A stretch of 63,160 nucleotides of DNA, the filler included, from Welwitschia mirabilis (taxonomy: Eukaryota): NCBI GenBank assembly GCA_051453625.1. It is 5 parts of one record of this genome, joined end to end, with 100 filler letters (N's around TTAATTAATTAA, not from the genome) between each part and the next. Parts side by side here need not be neighbours in the genome. Positions count along the whole stretch, not along the records: positions 1 to 29,293 come from JBOZIK010000001.1; positions 29,394 to 44,348 come from JBOZIK010000001.1; 3 more parts are not named here. The stretch is one strand, 5' to 3'. A program made the position numbers and the translations under genes. Below are positions 26,736-41,800 of the stretch, one piece after another. Every line of letters starts with the position of its first letter. Positions within the stretch are counted from its first letter, which is position 1. The notes beneath the pieces are model-generated. The model saw nothing but the letters and a program-made list of their open reading frames with translations. It was not told the origin of the DNA and did not search any database.

Positions 26736-29337
26736 TGGATCATTATTAGCTACAATTGTGTCAAGGATTTCAAGCTATTTATTTCACACTATTGCTAGGA
26801 AAAGAAATGCTTAAAGTAATTTTTATTAATGATAATTTTAAATTACTATGCTTTTAATATGAACTTTTAAGATTCTTCAATTTAACAAAAGTAAAATGGA
26901 CTTGGTTGAATTTTTTCTGAGCTTCCAACGTGCATACATTTTACTTTTACTTGTTGATCTTTCTCTATGCATCTATGTGTATTTAGTATGCTTCAATATT
27001 TTTATGGTATGAAATTAATAGGTAAAATCTTAGAAATAATTAAAACATCTTAACCATCTTCTCCATTGATTATCCCCAATATTCTTTGAAAAGTGTATTA
27101 AAGTTATGCTAATATTAGTCTTTATGCTNNNNNNNNNNNNNNNNNNNNNNNNNNNNNNNNNNNNNNNNNNNNNNNNNNNNNNNNNNNNNNNNNNNNNNNN
27201 NNNNNNNNNNNNNNNNNNNNNNNNNNNNAAATAATTAAAACATCTTAACCATCTTCTCTATTGATTATCCCCAATATTCCTTGAAAAGTGTACTAAAGTT
27301 ATGCTAATATTAGTCTTTATGCTATTATTATGAATCTAAAATATGCTATAATGTATGACTATTATGCCAAAAATCATAGGTTATCTCATTAACATTTATT
27401 TGTCTTAAACTATCATTTGTTCTACTAATCCAAGTTTCTATTAATAGAATATACGTAANNNNNNNNNNNNNNNNNNNNNNNNNNNNNNNNNNNNNNNNNN
27501 NNNNNNNNNNNNNNNNNNNNNNNNNNNNNNNNNNNNNNNNNNNNNNNNNNNNNNNNNNTTTTAGTGGCTTTTATTTTTATAAATTTAATTCATTGAGGTC
27601 TTTAATAAATCTACCTTATCATCTCTCCACTTGCTTTTACTATTTTTTTAATACTAATTTTTCTCTCTTCATAGTTTTCTTATACCCAAAACAACTTGTA
27701 AGTAGAATATAACTTTTAAGTTTTTGATATGTTTTTAATATTTTATTAAAAATATATTGTATCACTAAAATTTTAAAATCAGCCTTCCTTTTATTACTAA
27801 AATGATTATTCCTAATCATAGAGATGTATTCTAGACTTATGCTACTATTAGTCTTTATGCTATTATTATGAATCTAAAATATGCTATAATGTATGACTAT
27901 TATGCCAGAAATCATAGGTTATCTCATTAACATTTATTTATTTTAAACTATCATTTGTTCTACTAATCCAAGTTTCTATTAATAGAAGATACGTAATCTA
28001 GTTGTTAATCTTAAAATTAATCATGTTAATGCTTAAAATATCCTATTATTAAAACTAATGGTTTCACAATAGCTTGATAATCACAAATAAAGGCTCTTAA
28101 CCAAGTAATTTATTAAACTTCTAAATTAAAGAAAATAGAAACATTATTAAAATTAAGCATTACTAAATTAAAAAAGTATTTTATTTAATAATCTTTATCT
28201 ATTTCTAGGCACTAATCCTAAATATTTCTTCAAATTAGAAGTATTTAAAGCAAAGATAAAGAGATAGAATTGAGTTCTTGAATAATTCTCTTAACAAAGA
28301 ATTACTCTATCAAGTGATTCTCTAATTAACACTTATTACACAACTTGTAATTTTTTTAGAATAAAAAACAACCATAAAGAACTAGTGNNNNNNNNNNNNN
28401 NNNNNNNNNNNNNNNNNNNNNNNNNNNNNNNNNNNNNNNNNNNNNNNNNNNNNNNNNNNNNNNNNNNNNNNNNNNNNNNNNNNNNNNNNNNNNNNNNNNN
28501 NNNNNNNNNNNNNNNNNNNNNNNNNNNNNNNNNNNNNNNNNNNNNNNNNNNNNNNNNNNNNNNNNNNNNNNNNNNNNNNNNNNNNNNNNNNNNNNNNNNN
28601 NNNNNNNNNNNNNNNNNNNNNNNNNNNNNNNNNNNNNNNNNNNNNNNNNNNNNNNNNNNNNNNNNNNNNNNNNNNNNNNNNNNNNNNNNNNNNNNNNNNN
28701 NNNNNNNNNNNNNNNNNNNNNNNNNNNNNNNNNNNNNNNNNNNNNNNNNNNNNNNNNNNNNNNNNNNNNNNNNNNNNNNNNNNNNNNNNNNNNNNNNNNN
28801 NNNNNNNNNNNNNNNNNNNNNNNNNNNNNNNNNNNNNNNNNNNNNNNNNNNNNNNNNNNNNNNNNNNNNNNNNNNNNNNNNNNNNNNNNNNNNNNNNNNN
28901 NNNNNNNNNNNNNNNNNNNNNNNNNNNNNNNNNNNNNNNNNNNNNNNNNNNNNNNNNNNNNNNNNNNNNNNNNNNNNNNNNNNNNNNNNNNNNNGAATGG
29001 ATTAACAATACTTTTCAATTTGCTAGTTTACCATCAATACTACAATACTTTTTAGCACATAGTAAAAGTTAAATAGAACATCTAAAACTAACTGGAGAAC
29101 TTTTTAGTAACAAAAGCTATCATTACATTAATGCTGTAAAATAGAGAAATATTACAAAATTTTGGTATGTTTAATTCCTTTTCAAGTTTTAGTAGTAGTT
29201 TATAAGGCTTTTGAGAGCTTCTCAAGTACAATAGTAATTTCTCAAACCTTTACATTCACTATCAAGAAGGAAGGACCTCTTCTGTTGTTATAANNNNNNN
29301 NNNNNNNNNNNNNNNNNNNNNNNNNNNNNNNNNNNNN

Positions 29338-29349
29338 TTAATTAATTAA
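29338..29349. other. Artificial scaffold linker TTAATTAATTAA inside a 100-nt N gap
   Basis: 44N+TTAATTAATTAA+44N; identical at 44393-44404, 56379-56390 and 59827-59838; has stops in all six frames. Confidence 0.95.
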
Positions 29350-32300
29350 NNNNNNNNNNNNNNNNNNNNNNNNNNNNNNNNNNNNNNNNNNNNCTATAGG
29401 TGCAAAAATAAAATCATGAGAAAATGTATGCCTAAATGGGAAAAATCAAACATCCTTTATTTTTATCATGATAGTGTTTGTGAAGGTTATTTTAGTGGAT
29501 AGAAAATAGCACTGAAAATTCTGCAATCTAGTTTTTATTGGCCTAGCATTTTTCAGAACTCTTTTAATTTTACTAGAATGTGTAATGCTTATCAATGTTA
29601 TGGTAGTCTTATTCATTCTCATGGGATGCTCCTTAAACTTATTCTTGAATGTAAACTTTTTAATTATTGTGGAATTAATTTTATAGGCACTATTAGACCA
29701 CCTTATAATAAGAATAAGTACATCTTAGTGATTGTTGATTATGTTACTAAGTGGGTTAAAGCTATTTCTACTTTTATGAATGATGCTTGAACTATTTGTA
29801 CTTTTCTTAGAACTCATATTTTTCAACAATTTGGTTTTTCTAAGATTATCATTAGTGATCAAGAAACTCATTTTATTAATAAACTTTTTAAGAATCTTCT
29901 TTTGTCCATGGAAATAGAACATAGAGTAGCTTGTGCTTATCATCATTAGATCCATAAATAGGCTAAAAATGCAAATAGAAAAATTAAAAAAATGTTGCAA
30001 AAATTATATCTATTAATAAGAAATCTTATGCTTCTAAGCTTAACAATGTTCTTTGGGCTTACCATACTACTTAGTGTAATTTTCTTGGTTTTTCATCTTA
30101 TGAACTTATGTATGAAAAAGTTTGTATTTTATCTATTAATGTGTGTTATAATTCTTATCATGCTTCTCATCAACTTAATCTTGTGAACCTTCATGAAAAC
30201 ATTAAACATAGATTAGTCCAATTAGACTGCCTTAATAAAAAATGTACTTATGCTATACATTAATCCATGAAGCCCCAGCTAAGTTCAAACATGATAAAGG
30301 TTACTTCATAAAAAATTTAAACCTAGTTAACTTATCCTTTCATATAACACTAGAGTATGTCTTTTGAATAAAAAGTTGATATTTAAATGAGATTTCTGAC
30401 TTAGAGACTAAGAAGATTCTGAAAGTTAATAGATAATAGTTAAAACTATATAAAGGATCTTTCAATGTAACCATAAAAATGATAGAGGCACTTGTTTTGG
30501 AGGTTTCCCTAAATGAGAAGAACTTCTACCTATCATTGTTTGAATTCTTTCTTAACTTATTCCTTTGGTGGATTTTATGATGTCACTTGATCATCTTTTA
30601 AACTTAATTTGTGTATTGCTTTATAAAGTTTTCTATGACTAGTACTCTTACTTGGGCATTTGACAGTGATAAGATTGGATTCACCCAAACTTGAGGCATT
30701 CCCATGTGTATAGACTTTGAAAGAAGATGCCTTATTTCTTATGCTCTTTTTTTAATGGTATAAGGTCTTTGATTATTTAAGAGTTTTCTTGTCTGCCTTT
30801 TATCTCACTTATTCATCTTCGTCTTTTTGAGTGTGTGATCATATGGGAATATTTTTTAAGGGGGAAAAAGAAAGAAAGGAAGGAAAAAAGAATAAGAGGA
30901 AAAAAAGAAAATAATGACCCTGATCTATTGTATTTATGCTTTTAAAAAAAATGCATGATCATTATGATGTCTTATCACACCAAAGTACATTTTTCTGAGA
31001 GGAACTTTTAGCAGTGTTGGTAGCTATGGAAACACCACTGGGGGGTTAGTTGGCCATGATTCACAGGTCCTTACTTCTTTGATTGTGGTTGCACTACCTT
31101 CATCATGAAAAAGTTATTATAAACCTTAAGGCTATAGGATTAGTGGTATTTCTCATATCACCAGAGGCATTGCTTGTTTTCTAAACTCTTTGGATTCCCA
31201 TATGATCATCTCACTTTTGAGGATGCAGGTGTGTTTATGAGATGTAAGCAGTTAAGTTCATGTTTAAGTATCTTTTAATCTTATCATTTAGTATTCTAAG
31301 CACTTGATTTTTGGTATCGTGATAATCACTATCTTTTTGAGTGAAACTTTATAAAGTTTATACATTTTGTCATGCATTTTTACTCAAGTGGCTTTATGAT
31401 GTCTTTCTTAAGGGTTTGATTGATTAGAATTTAGAATAGGTAAGTAGTCTTTTCCTTGTACCTTGTGTTTATTTTCATTCTGTTTTTCTTTGGTCTTTTA
31501 GTTGGTTGTTTCAGAGTAATTTTTGCATTTTCTCATCTTTATATAGGAACTTATCATTTAGTAGTTTCCTTGCTATTTACTCATGCAATATCATTTTCAT
31601 TTAGCATTTGAATTAATTAGAACATCTTTTACATTTCACAGTTTTTATGAGATTCCTTGTATATTTTGAATTTTTATGCTTTATCTTATTTTACTTTTTA
31701 GTTTGGACATGTTTGTTCATTCTTCATATTTAGGTTTGAGCCTAGTTAGTTCATTTTCTCAATCATAGTTTTCTTTCATTATCAGTTTTTTTACTTTATC
31801 TTGATTTTCATGATTTTCTTTCTTATTTCCTATTTTTCTGAGTTTTTTGATAAATTCTGATACCTTAATAATCATATCTAAGCATAACTCTCTTAGTTGA
31901 CATCTTTATTTTTGTAAAAATTTTGAAAGTCCCATCATTTACCTGGTTGTTCAGATGACACCAGGTAGACGATAGTCTGATTTTTTTCAAAAGTCGTCCT
32001 AGGGCTGTCATCCAGATGATGCAACCGGATGACAGTGTGATAAAACTAGGACCCAAATCCTGTTTTCTCATTTTTCTTTATTTTTGTATCATTTTCGCTC
32101 ATTCCTTTGAGAGACAATGACCCCCTTGACTGTGCCATTACCTTGGATTTTGTTTTAGTTAATTTCACTTCTAGAATTTTAAATTTTTAGTCAATTTCTC
32201 AAAATGAGTATGTTCTTCTTTCCCTTCTGTTTTTCAATTTTTTCTCCTATTTTTCAGCCTTTTGATGCATAGTTTTCACATATTAGTTTTTCATGCTATT

Positions 32301-32739
32301 TGATTTGAAACTTATGAATTTGATTTTCACTACATATTTTGAAAGTTATGATGAGTTATGCATTTTATGAAAAAACTTTAAATTTCTATCTTTTACACTT
32401 GATTTCTCATAAACCATAGGTTAAAATGTAGTGGTCCTTTAGGGACGTTGATCAATTTGACATGTTCTATATTCTACCAAAATAGATTTTTCTTTTGAGC
32501 ACTTGGAATTTTCACCATGTGTGGGGCCCACTTATAAAAAATACTTTTCTATTTTTCACATGTTTCGTAGTTTTCTTTTCATGACTAGGTAATATGAGAC
32601 ATATTGACACTTTAGGAGGGAAATGTATTTTCATCATTTTACTACTTTTTATTGATTTTGGGAATCATTATTGAGCATCCACGCGATGTATTTGACTTGT
32701 TATCTAATCTCGCATAATTTTTTTACATATTTTCAATTG

Positions 32740-33980
32740 AGTAGGCCTCGTACATGTAGAGATAGATAGGATAAGGCTAAGGCTAAGGCTATAAAGAAGG
32801 AGGCGAGTCTTTTAGTGCCTTTAGAGGTTGAGCATGCATATGTTGTACATCCTCTATCTCGATATAATAGATCATTGACTATTCAGAGAGCTATATCAAG
32901 TGATATTTTTGAGACTTATGAGTCAAATAGAGCCTAAGGTTTATCAGATACTCTCAAATCTACAATTACGATGGATTTTGAATGCATATGGGACATATTA
33001 TGTATCAGGGATGAGAGAGTTTTGTGATACCATGCATATTGAGTGCTGTCCAGACTCTCATGGTTACCTAGTTAACATGACTGTAGCTTATGTTTGGGAT
33101 TATAAGATTACTATACTTCCATCCCATATCGCAGTAGTTACAGATCTAAGTGATCTTGGAAATTTACATATTCATTTGGTCAGATGAATTGAGGAGAACC
33201 ATGCATATGGCACTGCATTAGACATCTTGGCGGATTTAACAACAGACACGTGAGGAGTCCTTGTTACCCAGTTGACCTCGCTGATCCACAAAATTAGCCT
33301 ATCATTCCATGATAGTTATGCTATGATAATGCATTTACAGATACTGATAGCTTTCATGAAGGAAGAGTAGATGGATCTACCAACATTCATCTAGAGAAGA
33401 CTCAAGTCGATGGTAGAGGCATGATAGTTATAAACTCTATGTTATCCATGCCTTCTCTTAGCTTTATTCAGATGATTTGGAATACCAAAGCCCATGGGTG
33501 AGCAGTGCATTTATCATATTCAGAATTCAACTCATTATTTGTAAGGCATCAACATCTAGGTACCATAAGAGGCAGAGCAACCTTAGGTATAGAGACCTAT
33601 GGTTGAAGTTATACTTGAGTAGATGAGGCCCTCTTAGCAAAGACCACTAAGATTATCAGAGGTTTCATTGATCATGGTATACAGACTTTATACCATAGGG
33701 TTAAAGATCTAGATCAGAGGACTTAGAAATTGGAGCAAAGGATCCTAATAGTTAAGAGAAGAGTCTAGTGCTCTGAGAATCAGATTGTTAACGTGTGCCA
33801 GTGCATTGTCTCTATGAAGCAGAGTGTTATGGTAGATATTCTAGAGGTTTTTTATGTTTAGGAAGATGAGATGATTTATTTTATTTTTACATCATTGGAC
33901 CTCTGTTTCCCTGCTAATCCTGAGCATCCTCCATCTTCTCCCCCTGCACCTGAGCCAGATACATAGACCAAGTACATTAT
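32740..33980 (+). pseudogene. Decayed extra (env-like) ORF of the Athila element
   Basis: Coding-like composition between integrase and PPT; YYVSGMREFCDTM resembles the Y..LVREFYAN motif of Athila extra ORFs; heptad-like LYHRVKDLDQRT*KLEQRILIV; Pro-rich end PPSSPPAPEPD. Confidence 0.6.
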
Positions 33981-34514
33981 GTGATGATGAAGGAAGTGAT
34001 CTTGTCATATTTTGTATCTCCCCTTCTATGTATTTTTGTATTAAAATTCATGTTTATATATATACATATCTTTTTGAGTTTAGCATGGTATACTTTTTAT
34101 TTGATTTTCATGCTTATCTTTCCTTTTCACGTGTTATGATGAGGATTGATTATACTTGGGTGATCTTTCTAGTCATTTATTATACATTTCAGTGAGGGGA
34201 TTTTAATTATAAGTACATTTAATGATTATTTATCCAAAAAATTTTGTCATGGGTTTTTGTTTTCGAAGAACCATTGTTAAGCCTGTTGTCCCCCTATCAT
34301 CTGGACAACAATGGTATGTCTAGTTATTCAATCATGTGGAACATTCAGTTTTTTAATTTTTCATAATTCAATCTGTATCTCTGAGATTTCCCAAAAATTT
34401 TTGTAAGATAATTTCTTTGGTATCTTTGATATTTTTATTATTGAACAAGTTAGTTCATAATCATGGTTTACATCTTGGTTTTATCAAGAACTAACAAGGT
34501 TAAGTGAGGGGCTA

Positions 34515-35620
34515 TGTTGTGCTAATAACTTGCATATATTTGATAGGGAATTTTGAGTAGTTTTATAGGATATTAGACAGGTTTACACTGGATTTACACT
34601 ATAATGGAGAGCTAACATGAAAGATATAAAAACATGTAATCTTCATGACATTTTATAGCATTTAGAGCAATTCACAATTCTTCTTATTTTAAAGTAAACT
34701 ATTTGCAAACATTGAGGCTGATGCATTACATGAACACTTGTAAACACCCTATTGTCCACCTCATCATTCGAATGATTATATAGATGACAGAATAGTTAAA
34801 TCCATTGAGGATACTGATTGTAATCAATTTGATAGATGACATGAATTGCTTATGAGGTGGCATCATGTCTTGTATCATCTAGATGACCAATAGAACAACA
34901 TTTGTTATAATGCTTCACTGAACTTTCACTTAAATTTTTCCATTTGTCTATGTATTTTTTTATGATTGTTAGGATCGTGCCTACACTCATTTATCTATTT
35001 TTTTGTTTATTTATTTATTTGTTAATAAGTATTAATTCCACCTTTAACTCCTGCTGGTCTTCGCTGATACTAGAAATTCTCATGATAGGAGGTCGAAGAG
35101 GTGGAGATTCATCCTTGGTAGTTGCAAAGAGACGTCTTCCTTGGTGTTAGGCTATGCTTCCTCTATTGAGGTGTGGCTACTTTGTAACATGAATGTGGTT
35201 TGAGATTAATACCAAAAACTCTTTTCTATTTCTTATGCTTCTTGTTAATTATCCCTCATAGTTTATGTTTCTTCTGATTTCGTGAAAGTTTCTTGAGTTA
35301 TATAAGTTATGAGAGCAACATTTGTTACGGCTAAGCATTGTTATTTTAGGTGCATTATTATTTTTCTTTCCTAGATTAACTTTGCATTAGTGTATTTTTC
35401 ATTGTGATTTTTTGCATTGTAATTTATTTCTGTTACTAGAATACGTAACTATTTTTTGTCAAATCAATTCTCTTTCTTCTAGCTCAGGCCTTCAATGAAT
35501 TACAACATTTAGGTCTGCTTTCGTCTATATTAGTGTGTTTTGTTATGTAAAATATCTATTTATTTGTAAATAATAGGATCTTCTTGAGCGTAATAGTTTA
35601 CACAAATACACATTACAACA
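34515..35620 (+). repeat. 3' LTR of the Athila element (~1.1 kb)
   Basis: TGTTG...CAACA termini following the PPT; the first ~60 nt recur in diverged form at 44260-44320. Confidence 0.75.
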
Positions 35621-38600
35621 AGTATCAATGATTTCTAAATTGCTACATAGTGCAACTTGTATAATGGCTTAACATAAGGATCTAATCATTTCAACAAGAT
35701 TATTTAAAGCAAATATTTCTCCTTTTGATTTTTTTTTAACATAACATATGAAATTTATACTATTTTACTTTTTCTGTGTCATTAAGATTATCCATCATTT
35801 TGGAATCTTATATTACTTTATTAAAGAATTTGGATCATTTTGAAAGGAGATCTTTAAGTTGGCAGTAAATATGAGCTTATTTTTCATTCACGTCACTTTA
35901 TCATTATTTCTACTACTTTTTACTTCATCATCCAAAAATAAACCACTAATGTACTTAATGTCATCTAATTTAGTTCTGTCTCACACATTTTTTATGTTTT
36001 TTATTTTCTTTCATTATTAGATGTGAGTAGTTATCCCTAAAATTACTAATAATGACTAATTCTGTCCTTTTTTTTTCTTGACTTAATACTACTTTTTTAT
36101 TCAACTCTTAGTACTCTTCTTTTAAAATAAGTGCACTTATTTTTGTTGTTTTTAGGTTTTTAATTTTTCTTTTTTATTTTTTGATTAATAGTAAAAAGGG
36201 AAAAAAGAAACTCTTATGAGTTCCACTAGGCATGTTGATAAATTGTTGAAGTAAAAATTTCTTTATTCTCACTTAAAAATTATTTGTCTTGATAATTTTA
36301 TGATGGAAAATAAAATAAACTAAAAAAAATTAGTAACAAAGTGAAAAAACTATTTTTAATAAGTTTTTTTCAATTTATTTGTAATAATGCTAATTTTAAA
36401 AAATAAAATCTAGCTTAAAAAAATAATTAAAAATATTTTAAATAAAGAAGAAGCTATAAAATATTTTATTAAAAATGATTTAAATGGAGAAAAGATTTTA
36501 TTTATTTGAAAAAAATATAGGTCTTTGGACTCAGATAAAATGAATTTAAAATAATTTAAAAAAATATTTCACACTATTTCTGATTAGAGTTATAGAGGAA
36601 ATTTGTTAAAATTAACTTTGTCATAGTAACAGTTTGTCTTTAAGGATTAACATATGTTTTCTTCCTAATGATGAGTAATATCTTTGGCTAAAAAGACTAA
36701 TCTCAAAATGATATTCTTTGAATTTTCTTGATTTATTTATTCTTATTTTTACCAAAAATAGAAAACCAAAAAAAAAGGAAAAGAAAAGATTAATAATCTA
36801 TCTAATTATTTGAAACTCTCTAAAAAGAGTATTTCTTAATGAAATGCCTTAACTAACATCTAATTGGTCCTCAAGTGATGCCATTCTTGATATTCTCTCT
36901 TTTCTTAATTTTATTATGTTGAAATATACTAGCATTTTACTATTATCTATAATGTATTGATATTTAAATGTTATATTTCATAATTAACTAGGCTTTAATA
37001 AATAAATTAAGACTTTAAAAATTAGACAAGAATTTTTTATAATCAAATTGAAACTTTAGTAATCAAGTTTACTTTTAATAATTTTAGCTTTGATAAATGT
37101 TTGGAAGAACTAGGGATGATATTCTTGAATTTCTTAATGCTAATTTAACTAACCTTCATCTCTGATATTTAAATATTAATTCAAAATTTAAATATTCAAT
37201 TGATATTTGAATATCAAACTAGAGAAATTAGCAATCAAATATAAATCTAAATATCACATTATCTATACATTAACCATTCTACATTGGATTTTACATTCAT
37301 CCATCATCTTCTTGGAACTCCATCATTTTAAATCTAGATTTCCTATGGCTATGATAAATGACTCTTTCATAATGCGATTTGAAGTATCTTTTCTACCTTC
37401 TTAGGTATGAGGAAATGATTAACTCATGAGACATTTGTATTGATAAGTTCTAGTATTTTATCCATGTAAAATTGATGTTTTCTATCATTTTTGCATAATT
37501 GATAATTACACTTTAATTTTTAATTAGATTTTCATTATTCTTCTATCATTGATACAATTATGATATTTGATTATGAAATAGTACATTGTGAATGTTCTAT
37601 CATAATTATCTTTTAGATCTATTCCTTTAATGCGTTATTAGGATGTAGAAGATTGATATATTAGTATTATGACATCTTTTTTGCTATCTTAGTATTTCCT
37701 ACATTTCATTGTAAGATTTAACATATCTCATATTTATGTTTTCACGACATTTAATATCTACGGTAAATAATTTATTACTTATATATGAATTCAAACTATA
37801 TTTACTCTAACATCNNNNNNNNNNTCTTGAACTTACTTGAAAGATTATGCTATGAATAGCTATTCCTGATTGTTTAAGAAAAGAAAATTATAATATGTAA
37901 TTCTTAAGCTCTTTCCTAAAATCTTTCCTAAACCATTTTTTTTCCTTATATCTTTATTTAAAAATCCCTTATCTAAACCTAGTAAACTCTAAAATACTTT
38001 GTAGTCCTTGAGTGAGAATGATAAATTAAATTAACTATGATATAATCAGAAAATATAATTTACTTATTTTAAACTAATACCTATAACTCCCCTTGATAGG
38101 CATTTAATTAGTATTCCTTAGCTTATTGAGAATCATTTCCTTTATAGAAACGCTTTTTTTATTTTTGTTTTTAATTTTTGCTATGGTTAAAACTACATAC
38201 ATTCATGTCAAATCTGTTATATTGACTTCACTTTTATGTAGATGTATTTTAATAATGTTTTCACATACTTAGTTGTGAAAAGGATGGGTTTAGTTTATTT
38301 ATTAAAGTTCTGAAACCTAGTTATACATTTTACTATTAATAGGTTGATCTATGTTGTGAATATAAAATTTCAAATTATAAAAGTTTGTATATTGAATATT
38401 CCATATTAAGTAGTATAATTTCACCTTTAATTTATTATTTACTTTTCAAAACACAAGTTTTCAAAGCTTATTAATACTCTCATCACTTCTACTAGGACAT
38501 CATACATTTTATAATTTTTTTTGTCATTCAAATTTTTAAATCATTGTTTTAACATTTTTATTACTTTTCATAATTACTCTATCATAAAAGTATTCTTTTT

Positions 38601-38859
38601 AATTTGAATTTCTCATGCATCATTGGATTCGATTAACTGATAGATAATTTTGTAGGAAAATTAATAAACAATTAGAATACCAATTACTTATAAAGGACTT
38701 TAACTTTAAATTTGACTAAGAATATTCTAAACCTATACTTCATGGTAGTGAAACTATAAGTAAAAACCCCATAGATATATTTTCTATAAATTGGTCATGT
38801 TTGAAACTGATAAACAAAGTATGCATTAAGGGTCCTTTAAGAGAATGTTAAACTCTTTA

Positions 38860-41800
38860 TGCTAGCTATACCTTCTTGTATGGTGTTATATTTCACCTAT
38901 GAATCAAGGCTAAATAAAATATATCATGATCAATTTAGTGCCTAACTTTCATGGCTCATATTTTAAAGATTATTATGAATGATGAAAAAAATTTAAATCT
39001 ATAATTTCAACTTTAGGAGATCAAGATAATGTAGTTAGGATGAAACATTTTTCTTCTTCATTACAAGAAAGACCTAAATCCTATTGAAACAACTCATAAA
39101 TTATTTAATTACATCATGAATAAAGTTTATTGATGAGTTTTTAAAAAAATTATTTTCTATTACATAAAACTAATGAATGACAATTATAGACCTTTAAACA
39201 TAACATAATAAACCTTTTCCTAAGGAATTCAAGCATGTTAAAGACCTATTAAGAATATGTCCTCAACATGATTTTAACGATTAGATATTATTAAACTTTC
39301 TTTTCTTTTAAAGGATTAATTTTAAAAAGTAGGAAAATAATAGAAATTATAGACGGTGACAATTTTACATGTAAAGAAACAAAGAAATGTTGGGATATGG
39401 TAGAAAGATATTTAAAACTTAGGAAAGATCTTATAGAAATTTAAAAATTAGCTAAGAAATTACAAGATTATAAAGTTATAGGTCAAAGAATAAATAAGCT
39501 AAATGAGGCAGCAGATATAAATAAAATGATAAATTAAATAACTAAAAGATTAAATAACTTTAAGTTATTTATACCTCATTTTATTAGTAATGGAGCTACA
39601 TGTGCTATAGATACCACTGATGAACATGAAATAGATGAGTGTCCCTTAAGTTTAATATACAATGATATAGTAACTAAGCAAATGAATAATATAAAATCTA
39701 GGAGATGCTTTCTAGATAGCAATAATAGAAATCATTATTTTTCTATTGAAATTCTTATAATCTAAAATAAAAAAGCCAAATTAAATTTTTATGCAAGTCT
39801 CAAAAAATGAAGCATCTACTTCATAAGCACTTAGCCAATATTAGAGCTTATTTTTAAATAACATTTTTAAATAGACCATAAAAACTTAATTACCAAACAA
39901 CAACGAATAATTTGAAATTAGTAATCAACATGATCAAACTTTTTAATGTTCATCTTAGATATTATGTTCATTCAACTAAAGAGAATAAGGTAAACTTTCA
40001 ACCAAATCTATTCCTAACAAAAAAGTTATTAACATAGCTGAAAAATAAGGATAAATTAGGGGAGTTAATGCTATTTTACTTTGAAATACAAAAATAAATA
40101 AAGATCTTTAACCACTTATAGAATACTGATCTACATCTAATCCTAAATCTCAATCAAGTCTTAAACCTAAAAAAGATGAAGAATATGATATGAAAAAAAC
40201 AATATGAAGAAAAATACCTAGAAATACTTAAGAAAGTGAGAATCAAAATTTTTCTATTAGATGATATGAAGAGAATTGCTTTGCATTCAAAACTTCTTAA
40301 AGATATGTACACAGTAAAATTTAAAAAAAAAAAGAATTTAAAATGCTTTCTTACCTCAATAAGCAAGTGTAGTAATTTAAAATAAACTTTTAGCATTAGA
40401 GATTCTAATTTCTTAATAATTTAATGTATCATAGATAATAAGATAATTGAAAAATATTTGTTAAAATTGAAGTTAACATGAACTAAATTCTTCATATATT
40501 ATGCAATAACATGTTAGGTATTTTCATATGTAACCTCTTAATTCCATATTTTATTCAATGTTTCCTAATTATTTTAGATCCCACTAACAAGTGATGATTT
40601 ATCTACTTTCCTATTCAGCCTATTTATATTTTCATACATCCTATTAATAAGTGGTTGTATAACAACTTCATTTGTCACTTTTCATATATATTTTCCACAT
40701 ATTCTCTGTTCTTCCTTGAATAGTTTATAGATTCTATTTTTATGGGATTTATTAGTCTCTATGTTGTAACATATTTTAATGAATAAGTTAAGTTGAATTC
40801 ATGAGTTAAATCTATGGATTCTTATGGGCAATCTCCATAACTTCTTACTATGATAAAGGATCATAGTAATCCCATAAGAAATTAGATTACAAGAATTAAA
40901 AAAAATAGGATAACTTTACAAATTTTAGAGCACTTAACTAACATCCCTGAGGGATTAACAAAATATATTTTTGTATCAGTTGATAAATTTTACTATTTGA
41001 TTTTCTAGTTTAAAGATGAAAGATAATCTAAGAGGATATTTTATTATCTTATAAAGATGATCATTAGGCACCTCTAATTCTCTAATCAGTTGTAAAAATA
41101 AAGTAATAAAAAATTTATTTTAAAACCATGAAAAATATTTATATCAATCACATAGAAGATCTTGATTTACTTGAAATAATGAATATGAAAACCTTAATCC
41201 TTTATTTTCTTTAGAAGATCATATACTATATAAGACTAATGAATAACTAGCATTTTCCCTTTAAAGAATTTCCAACCATGAGCCATCTAATTGGAAATGT
41301 AAATTTAAACCTTTATCACTAGTACCATAAAGACAACCTTCTAGTGAAGAGTTCATCCCTAGTATTAAAAATAAAACTCTTCTAAAAGATCTAAAATATG
41401 CATGTCTATGAGATAATTATTTTTGCCTTATAGTATTGCATATAAAACTATTAACTTGATAAGAAAAAAAACCCTTAGTTTTCATATTTTAAACAACATA
41501 AAAAGGCCATAAAATGAGATATCTCTAACTTTAAAGAAATCAACCCCATCATATGTATGAAAAAAAACTCATTTAGATGGAAAATTATGAGCCTAGTGGA
41601 GAGCACTAATATAGGATTAATCCTTACATTAATAAAATCCTTAAAGTTATAGATGTTGGTATTATCTATCTAATATTTTATAGTTATTAAATAAGTTCAC
41701 ATAAGCTATTTCAAAGAAATTTATAGTTAATATTACTAAAAATGAAAATAATGATTTGATGTTAACTAGATTGAAAGTAGGATTCAGAATGTACATGAAC

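Larger units (their letters stand above)
29394..35620 (+). mobile_element. Athila-type Ty3/gypsy 3' half: integrase, long spacer, extra ORF, PPT and 3' LTR
   Basis: HDSVCEGYFSG*KIALKILQSSFYWPSIF, CNAYQ, YILVIVDYVTKWVKAI (29467-29770); PPT-like aagtgagggg (34502-34511); LTR from 34515. Confidence 0.87.

Noticed and set aside
35621..38700. Possible further minus-strand gypsy fragments and the 5' LTR of the 38.9 kb element
   Set aside because: Too decayed and AT-rich to assign boundaries or domains by eye.
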